A stretch of DNA of 42,331 nt from a bacterium (GTDB taxonomy: Bacteria > SZUA-182 > DTGQ01): positions 1 to 42,331 of the forward strand of contig JBFMGO010000040.1 in assembly GCA_040752695.1 (NCBI GenBank), read 5' to 3'. Below, piece by piece: positions 36,906 through 42,331 of the stretch (the stretch's first letter is position 1; every line of letters begins with the position of its first letter). The translations under genes and the position numbers were made by a program. The notes below the pieces were generated by a model. That model did not search any database and was not told the origin of the DNA. It saw only the letters and a program-made list of their open reading frames with translations.

Positions 36906-37325
36906 TTATTCTCCAATGATTTTTACCAGAACCCGCTTTCTTCTGCGGCCATCGAATTCACCGTAGAAGATCTGCTCCCAGGGGCCAAAGTCGAACTGGC
37001 CATTCGTGATAGCTACCACTACCTCTCTTCCCATGATCTGCCTCTTGAGGTGAGCGTCTGCGTTATCCTCTCCTGTCCGGTTGTGCAGATACCGGGAGAC
37101 GGGCTCATGGGGTGCCAACTGCTCCAGCCATTTCTCGTAATCCTGGTGGAGTCCGGACTCATCGTCATTGATAAACACTGAAGCCGTGATATGCATGGCA
37201 TTGACCAGACATAAGCCCTCTTTGATTCCACTTTCGGCCAGACATGCCGAAACCTGCGGAGTTATGTTAATGAAAGCGCGGCGATTCTCTGTTTTGAACC
37301 ACAGTTCCTTCCTATAGGATTTCAT
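36906..37325 (-). CDS. yjbQ: YjbQ / UPF0047 family protein (secondary thiamine-phosphate synthase)
   Basis: [51 protein letters not shown]. Likely start MKSYRKEL at 37325. Confidence 0.95.
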   Translation of the reverse strand: MKSYRKELWFKTENRRAFINITPQVSACLAESGIKEGLCLVNAMHITASVFINDDESGLHQDYEKWLEQLAPHEPVSRYLHNRTGEDNADAHLKRQIMGREVVVAITNGQFDFGPWEQIFYGEFDGRRRKRVLVKIIGE

Positions 37326-37451
37326 AATGAAAAATTCCCCGCTATTCATTGCTGTTATGGTATTCTTTGCTCCCACCGATGATAGTGGCATCGATGGGAG
37401 CAAATCATCAATGTTCAGATAAGGCCGTCGTTCAGTCAGGACCGGTTATCG

Positions 37452-39221
37452 TTATTCTACCTCCAGCGGCAGCCTGAGTTCCTTGGGCTTGTTATCATCA
37501 CCGATTACCTTTACTCTGAGCTGTGCATCCCAGGTTATGCTGCTTGGGTTGGCGTTCGTGTTAAAGACACGGACCATAAAGAGCTTTTTTGTATGACAGG
37601 GTTCGGGTGTCTCCTCAATGGTATTCTCAGTTTCTCCTGTGATTCTCAGGTTCTCTGATGATGGTGCATTAGGATCTTCCGAAGTCGTAATCAATGTTAC
37701 AAGATCGATTTTAACTTGCGTGCCGTCTACCAGCGGATTCCCCCGGCGATCAGACACAACAATGTAAAAATCTTTGTATTGTCCAGCCTTAATCAAGATA
37801 CTTGGCCCTGAATAGTTATTAACAGCGATAGGAGGAGGATCTGTCGGAATATTGCCTCTGCAAAATAGCGTATCATCGATAAATCGGTCATAGATCCTGA
37901 TCTCGCTCCTATCAGAGAAAAGGATTTCTATACTTCCCCAAATGAAAAGCCTTCTGTCCCACTTGCCATTTCCGGAATCCCACTGGCCCGGGTTGGGAAA
38001 TAGATCCTCTTGATCCCAGAAGTGTTCACCAAGGTTATACCCACCGCCATTTTCATCGAGAAAGGGCTCAGACAGGTCTTGTTCAAGAGGTTCGCCACTA
38101 TCATATACCCCATTGGAATTATAATCCACGAAGCTTTCCTGACCTACGGCATAGGCCATAACCGTAGCCATCCCATCCGTCCGGGGCTTTGGTTCCTGAC
38201 TGGTCAGCTTAGCTGAGGCTGCACCAGCAGCATCTGTCCATGCAGTAGCAGTAATTGAACCGCACTCGGTCGTAAAATAAACAGCAGTCCCTGCAGGCAC
38301 AGGATTTCCATACTGGTCGGCCAAGCGTACTGTTATCTCTGTTTCTTTATCATTATGTACACAACCGGCGATATTGTAACTACTGGCGCCTAAGCTAAAA
38401 TGCCTGGCATCCGGAGGACCGGCACAGATAATCAGCACCCGGGAATCCGTCCGCAACGGAACGCCGTTTACTTCAGTGTAAGCGGTTACGGCAACGGTTC
38501 CAGCTATCGTTCCGCTGTTTACAGAAGTGCTGGCCTGCCCTTCTTGGGTGAGACATAAATCCGTCGCCAGTTTTTCTCCTCCGCCGTTTCCCAGCAGTAT
38601 GAAATGGACTTCAGTCCCATCTTTGACGGGAGATCCTGCACTGTCCCTGACCATGAATGCTACTTCCACTGTTTCCGACAGACCGGACCCTTTCACTCCC
38701 AGTACTCTTTGATCATCTTCGGTCGGGTAGATATATTCGATACTGCCGCCAGCGGATTTTTGTTTGTTGATGGTGATAATGAACTTTCGCTCTACAGAGC
38801 CGCAGACAGCGGTAATGGTAGCCTTTCCCCAGTTACTGCCAGCATGAAAAGTAACTCGGACCATTCCCTGGACATTAGTTGTTGCAGAAGAAGGAGTGAT
38901 GGAAGTACCCATCAGATCAGTAAAAAAGGCTACCTCTACTCCGGCACATACTGGATTCTGGTCACTGTCGTAAAGAATGGCTTCAACAGTCGTGTCTGTA
39001 TTAACATCGAGAGCCGGCGCAACTGACAGGCTGATGCTTTTCACCTCAACGATCATGCCGTTGGCCGTCACTGTGGCGTCGGAGGAATCTCCGGAATTAT
39101 CATCACCGCACCCCATTCCCCAGAGCAGGGATAAGATACACAAAACAAGGGCAATGGATCGACACAGGTGGAAAAGACTCTTGCCGTTTTTTTTCTTCAA
39201 GGCCAATGGTATCATTTTCAT
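37452..39221 (-). CDS. Invasin/intimin-like Ig (Big_1) domain lipoprotein
   Basis: Lipobox-like WGMGC; three Big_1-like repeats (D...NPV..G..V.F.T..G.I....TD..G.A...L); Ca-binding-like DYNSNGVYDSGE. Confidence 0.8.
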   Translation of the reverse strand: MKMIPLALKKKNGKSLFHLCRSIALVLCILSLLWGMGCGDDNSGDSSDATVTANGMIVEVKSISLSVAPALDVNTDTTVEAILYDSDQNPVCAGVEVAFFTDLMGTSITPSSATTNVQGMVRVTFHAGSNWGKATITAVCGSVERKFIITINKQKSAGGSIEYIYPTEDDQRVLGVKGSGLSETVEVAFMVRDSAGSPVKDGTEVHFILLGNGGGEKLATDLCLTQEGQASTSVNSGTIAGTVAVTAYTEVNGVPLRTDSRVLIICAGPPDARHFSLGASSYNIAGCVHNDKETEITVRLADQYGNPVPAGTAVYFTTECGSITATAWTDAAGAASAKLTSQEPKPRTDGMATVMAYAVGQESFVDYNSNGVYDSGEPLEQDLSEPFLDENGGGYNLGEHFWDQEDLFPNPGQWDSGNGKWDRRLFIWGSIEILFSDRSEIRIYDRFIDDTLFCRGNIPTDPPPIAVNNYSGPSILIKAGQYKDFYIVVSDRRGNPLVDGTQVKIDLVTLITTSEDPNAPSSENLRITGETENTIEETPEPCHTKKLFMVRVFNTNANPSSITWDAQLRVKVIGDDNKPKELRLPLEVE

Positions 39222-39454
39222 TACATCGCTCCTACTGTTTTTTTATTGTTTCCTGTCTTTCATGAGCTGCTGCCAGCCATTATCCGGTACTTAACCCAGC
39301 CATTGTCCGAAAAATCATTCATCCGGCCGGTAAGGTGTGGAAATGAAGATGTGAATGACTAATCCTATCTCTTTCAGAGAGCTTGATGACATGGCTCTTT
39401 CAGCATCGAGAGTCAATAAAGAGGCAATTTTAAAATAAACCTGCAAGGATTGCT

Positions 39455-39470
39455 AGCAAAAAATATACCA
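39455..39470 (-). promoter_or_regulatory. Sigma54 (-24/-12) promoter candidate
   Basis: The minus strand reads TGGTATATTTTTTGCT (GG-N10-GC with TTGC), about 234 nt upstream of the Ig lipoprotein start. An AT-rich tract lies further upstream. Confidence 0.65.
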
Positions 39471-39685
39471 AATTCATATCTTATCTTTTTATCAAAGTCA
39501 AATGTATAAAAATCTCATAAATTATATAAAATTTTGTTATTTCGAATACTCCCCAACCATTGGTCATGAATGACCATGAAATTCGCTACACATTATATGC
39601 AAAGAAAGTTACAGCCTCACCATCATGACTATATTTTTGCACTTTTTGTCATTTCCGCGAAGCATGAGTTGACAGGCAAATTCTG

Positions 39686-39790
39686 CTCTTGCCATCACCG
39701 CGTGGATATCCAGCTCTTTGCCATCATAGTATACATATCCTGTCTCTTTGCCATCATAGCATACATATCCTGCCTCTTTGCTATTACAGT
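39686..39790. repeat. 30-bp imperfect tandem repeat (about 3.5 copies) beginning across the stop codon of the GltG-like gene
   Basis: ctcttgccatcaccgcgtggatatccag / ctctttgccatcatagtatacatatcctgt / ctctttgccatcatagcatacatatcctgc / ctctttgctattacagt. Stop codon at 39784-39786. Confidence 0.9.
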
Positions 39791-41550
39791 GTGGGGAGAA
39801 ATACGAAGGGATACGTCACCACCGTAGTTGAGCCGGCCGGGACCGGGGCAAAGCGCCAGCTTCGGATCATGCTGAGCATGCACTCTTCCAGACTGGAACT
39901 GGACTTGTCAAACGTAGAGGATATGACTTCCGCGCTGGAAACCTCCCCTTGAGCAGTGATGGTAAATTCTACCAAAAGCCTGCCTTCCAGGCTGGAATAT
40001 TGTTGCAGCGCTTTATTGTAGCAGTAGACGATGCTCGGCTTGTAGGATAACACTACGTCCAGGATGGCCGAAGGAGTGCGGGACTGACTCTTGGGTCCTG
40101 TAGTCTTGACCTCAACGATCTTCTGGAGGGCAAGATCATCCCTGGTCGGCAATTGTACGTTATCGGTCTTTTGGTGTGCAGCCACCAGGTCGTCGATCTT
40201 TTGGGCCGATACGGGTGCATCCGGTTTTTCTGATTCTTCAGACTCCTTCCCGTCATCGCCCTCTCTGGCTTTCCCGTCATTTCGGGCCGTTGTCTCCCCG
40301 TCCTTCCCGTTTCCCAGAAGGAGCTCATCATCAGGCTCTCCCCCCGCCAGGACATCTTTCGGAGAATCGGCCTTTTCAATTTGCCTGACCAGCGTGTCTT
40401 CTCCACTGATCGCATTCTTGGTCAGGAGGTTCAACTGGGAATCGACGGGTGAGGCAGATGCACGGGAAGACTCACGGGAAGAGATCATGCCCAGGATTCC
40501 GATCGAATTAAGGTCAACTTTTTTCTTCGGCGGAGGGGAGGGAGCATTTTCTTTTTCCTGATCCTGATCTTTCAATCCTTCGGTCGATGCGACCACAGGC
40601 GTTCCTGACGGAGCTCCGCCTTGCTGCGCTGCCTTCTCTTCTTTTTCTCCCGCTCCTGCGTCTTTGGCTGCTGTTTCGGCCTCTGGCGAAAGTTTTTTGG
40701 GCAGGGGAGGAGTGGGCTTGCTTTTTTCTTTGGCATCCTCCGGGGTTTCGGATTCTTTTTTCCGGTCGTCTGAAGGAGCGGGCTTTTCCTCTTCTTTGCC
40801 GGTATTGGTCTTGATTTCCTCCTGCTCTTTTTTCTCCTGTCCCGGAAAAGATTCCTCTCTTTCCGATGAAATGATCAGTTTGACAAACCGCTCGGGGATA
40901 TTATCCAGGGTAGCCTGCCGTGGAGGAGAGGAGGGGAGGGGGACCATCTGCACATACAAAAAGAAGAGCAGATGGATGCCCAGGGAAAGGGTAAACATGA
41001 GCCAGAATCCCTTTTGATCATCCTGGAAGAAACCGGCCTTACTCCCATCCGCTAAAACCTGTTTTCCCCTGGGTTCCTTTGGTGCCCTGGGCTTCTTGAT
41101 CCGGGGAGGCGGCGGCGGCATCGGCACATACTCCAGGGTCAGCCGCAGGGTTTCATAGGAGAGTTCGGCCCTGCTTCCCACGGGTAAAAGGAGAATATGT
41201 CCCTGGTCCTTGCGGGGCAAAAGATTGAGCCGCCTGAGACTATCGATCGTAACCGATTCGGTCTGATCAGGCTGGCAGATGGTGCCGGTCATTCCTCCTG
41301 GAATGAAGAGTTCGTAGCCACCTCCCCATTTCTTTTTCAGAAAGGTGAACCTCTTCAAAGGGCAGGGGGAGGGGATGACCAGGTCATTTCCCGGCCTGTT
41401 TCCTGCGGTGACGAGCCCTTTTTTCAGGAGGAGCTTTTCGCTCTCTCCCGATTCCCTGTCTATCTGGAGCTGTAAAACCAGCTTTCTTTTTTCCTTATGG
41501 GGTGTATCCGGCTGATGATGGCCGGCTTCCCCTTCCGATCGCAAAGCCAT
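39784..41550 (-). CDS. GltG-like (AgmX/PglI C-terminal, TonB-C-like) inner-membrane protein
   Basis: Degenerate FHA-like N-terminus (VTAGNRPGNDLVIP), single TM with SLGIH, IPERFVKLII, long Glu/Lys/Pro linker, and C-terminal IVYCYNKAL...LEGRLLVEFTI...CMLSMIRSWRF...VTYPFVF. Confidence 0.8.
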   Translation of the reverse strand: MALRSEGEAGHHQPDTPHKEKRKLVLQLQIDRESGESEKLLLKKGLVTAGNRPGNDLVIPSPCPLKRFTFLKKKWGGGYELFIPGGMTGTICQPDQTESVTIDSLRRLNLLPRKDQGHILLLPVGSRAELSYETLRLTLEYVPMPPPPPRIKKPRAPKEPRGKQVLADGSKAGFFQDDQKGFWLMFTLSLGIHLLFFLYVQMVPLPSSPPRQATLDNIPERFVKLIISSEREESFPGQEKKEQEEIKTNTGKEEEKPAPSDDRKKESETPEDAKEKSKPTPPLPKKLSPEAETAAKDAGAGEKEEKAAQQGGAPSGTPVVASTEGLKDQDQEKENAPSPPPKKKVDLNSIGILGMISSRESSRASASPVDSQLNLLTKNAISGEDTLVRQIEKADSPKDVLAGGEPDDELLLGNGKDGETTARNDGKAREGDDGKESEESEKPDAPVSAQKIDDLVAAHQKTDNVQLPTRDDLALQKIVEVKTTGPKSQSRTPSAILDVVLSYKPSIVYCYNKALQQYSSLEGRLLVEFTITAQGEVSSAEVISSTFDKSSSSLEECMLSMIRSWRFAPVPAGSTTVVTYPFVFLPTL

Positions 41551-41556
41551 AGTCGT

Positions 41557-42087
41557 TTATGTCTCTTTATGAAGAACGTGAAGCGAAATCCTCCCGAACT
41601 CAGCCTGTCCACAGGTGTAGATCAACTTCTTGATAATCTGATAAGGAATACTTTTATCCGCCTGTATAATGACCTTTCCCCGGAACTTGATTTTATCCGG
41701 ATTCTGCCGGGCAATAAGAAGGAACATTTCCTTGCTCTGACTTAACTTTTCGTACAATTTTCCATTCAACATTTCTTTTTGTGAACTGAAATTCTCGATG
41801 GTATCGACAAACTCACCGTCCAGGAGCACTACCTGCGGGGTTGCGGAGACAGTGGTGGAGACTTCCGGAGATTGGGCTGCGGTTGAGATCGGCAATTGCA
41901 GATCTTTTGCCAAAAGGGCCATTTCCGGCATAGTCGAAAAATTCTTGATCAGGAAAACCAAAAGGATTGTCAAGACATCTACCAGGGAGGTCATGCGGAC
42001 GAAGATGCCCCGTTTCCGCCTTGCCCTTGCCATCCGGCGTTGAACAATGGTTCTTCTCGCGCTCTTTTCTTGTGACAATGTATCCAT
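41557..42087 (-). CDS. exbD: ExbD/TolR-family protein (AglS-like)
   Basis: MTSLVDVLTILLVFLIKNFS (conserved TM Asp), LQLPIS, and IIQADKSIPYQIIKKLIYTCGQAEFGRISL. Confidence 0.88.
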   Translation of the reverse strand: MDTLSQEKSARRTIVQRRMARARRKRGIFVRMTSLVDVLTILLVFLIKNFSTMPEMALLAKDLQLPISTAAQSPEVSTTVSATPQVVLLDGEFVDTIENFSSQKEMLNGKLYEKLSQSKEMFLLIARQNPDKIKFRGKVIIQADKSIPYQIIKKLIYTCGQAEFGRISLHVLHKET

Positions 42088-42130
42088 TTCTCCTTACATG
42101 AATAACTTTATGATAAAAAATGCATTATAT

Positions 42131-42174
42131 CTTTTGCCGTCGCTTTACCTTTTGCCGCCGCCTTACCTTTTGCC
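42131..42174. repeat. 18-bp tandem repeat (about 2.5 copies) spanning the stop codon of the partial ExbD-like gene
   Basis: cttttgccgtcgctttac / cttttgccgccgccttac / cttttgcc. Stop codon at 42163-42165. Confidence 0.85.
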
Positions 42175-42331
42175 AGCCGAAAGAATAACATTTATCAGGC
42201 CGCAGGCCCGGCATCGGTCCATGGCATGGATGAGGTGATCATAAATGATGCTGTCTTCTGATTCGATGATGATATTTTCCCTCTCAGGAAAGACATCCTT
42301 GACCTTGCGCAGGATCGTCTCCAGTCTGTCA
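42163..42331 (-). CDS. ExbD/TolR-family protein (AglQ-like), C-terminal part only
   Basis: Not in the ORF track. Manual translation ...DRLETILRKVKDVFPERENIIIESEDSIIYDHLIHAMDRCRACGLINVILSAGKR* matches the ExbD periplasmic domain pattern. Confidence 0.8.
   Translation of the reverse strand, partial: DRLETILRKVKDVFPERENIIIESEDSIIYDHLIHAMDRCRACGLINVILSAGKR

Noticed and set aside
39686..39790. 30-bp repeats as a CRISPR array
   Set aside because: The units are directly adjacent with no unique spacers, they degenerate, and no cas genes are present. This is a tandem duplication.
1505..42238. Numerous plus-strand and alternate-frame ORFs of 60-180 aa in the ORF track
   Set aside because: Nearly all overlap confident minus-strand genes and lack recognisable motifs, so they are treated as shadow ORFs. 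36391..36639 is the antisense of the PhoB-like relic.
1..42331. Exosortase, prsK/prsR, IS or prophage genes, tRNA/rRNA
   Set aside because: No multi-TM exosortase, histidine kinase, transposase, integrase or structural RNA signature was recognised. The PEP-CTERM processing enzyme presumably lies outside the window.

Overview
This is bacterial DNA of roughly mid-40s % GC (estimated by eye), most consistent with a Desulfobacterota-like (former delta-proteobacterial) diderm. Every credible gene is on the minus strand. In transcription order (right to left) the window holds: (i) the end of an Agl/Glt-like motor locus (two ExbD/AglQ-AglS-like genes and a GltG-like TonB-C protein); (ii) an Ig-domain lipoprotein with a sigma54-type promoter, yjbQ, a frameshifted PhoB-like relic, and a small FN3 protein with a GCFI tail; (iii) a cell-surface locus of about 35 kb: TPR lipoprotein, 74-aa protein, choice-of-anchor-U/GGCFI protein, PEP-CTERM protein, PstS-fold protein, double-FKBP/thioredoxin lipoprotein, TpsB, a 3372-aa DUF3739-type TpsA, porin, cohesin-dockerin protein and a second PEP-CTERM protein; (iv) Wzx/Wzy-type polysaccharide export genes (two Wzc/BY-kinase pairs, a second TPR lipoprotein, a short OPX, an outer-membrane beta-barrel and a GT4 glycosyltransferase). 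The best candidate for an undescribed system is the PdtAB-like two-partner secretion module fused with PEP-CTERM, cohesin-dockerin and EPS genes. A second clear pattern is short, imperfect tandem duplications at many gene junctions, five of which span or begin at a stop codon. No CRISPR array, RNA gene, IS element or exosortase was recognised. All family calls come from reading motifs by eye, not from database searches.
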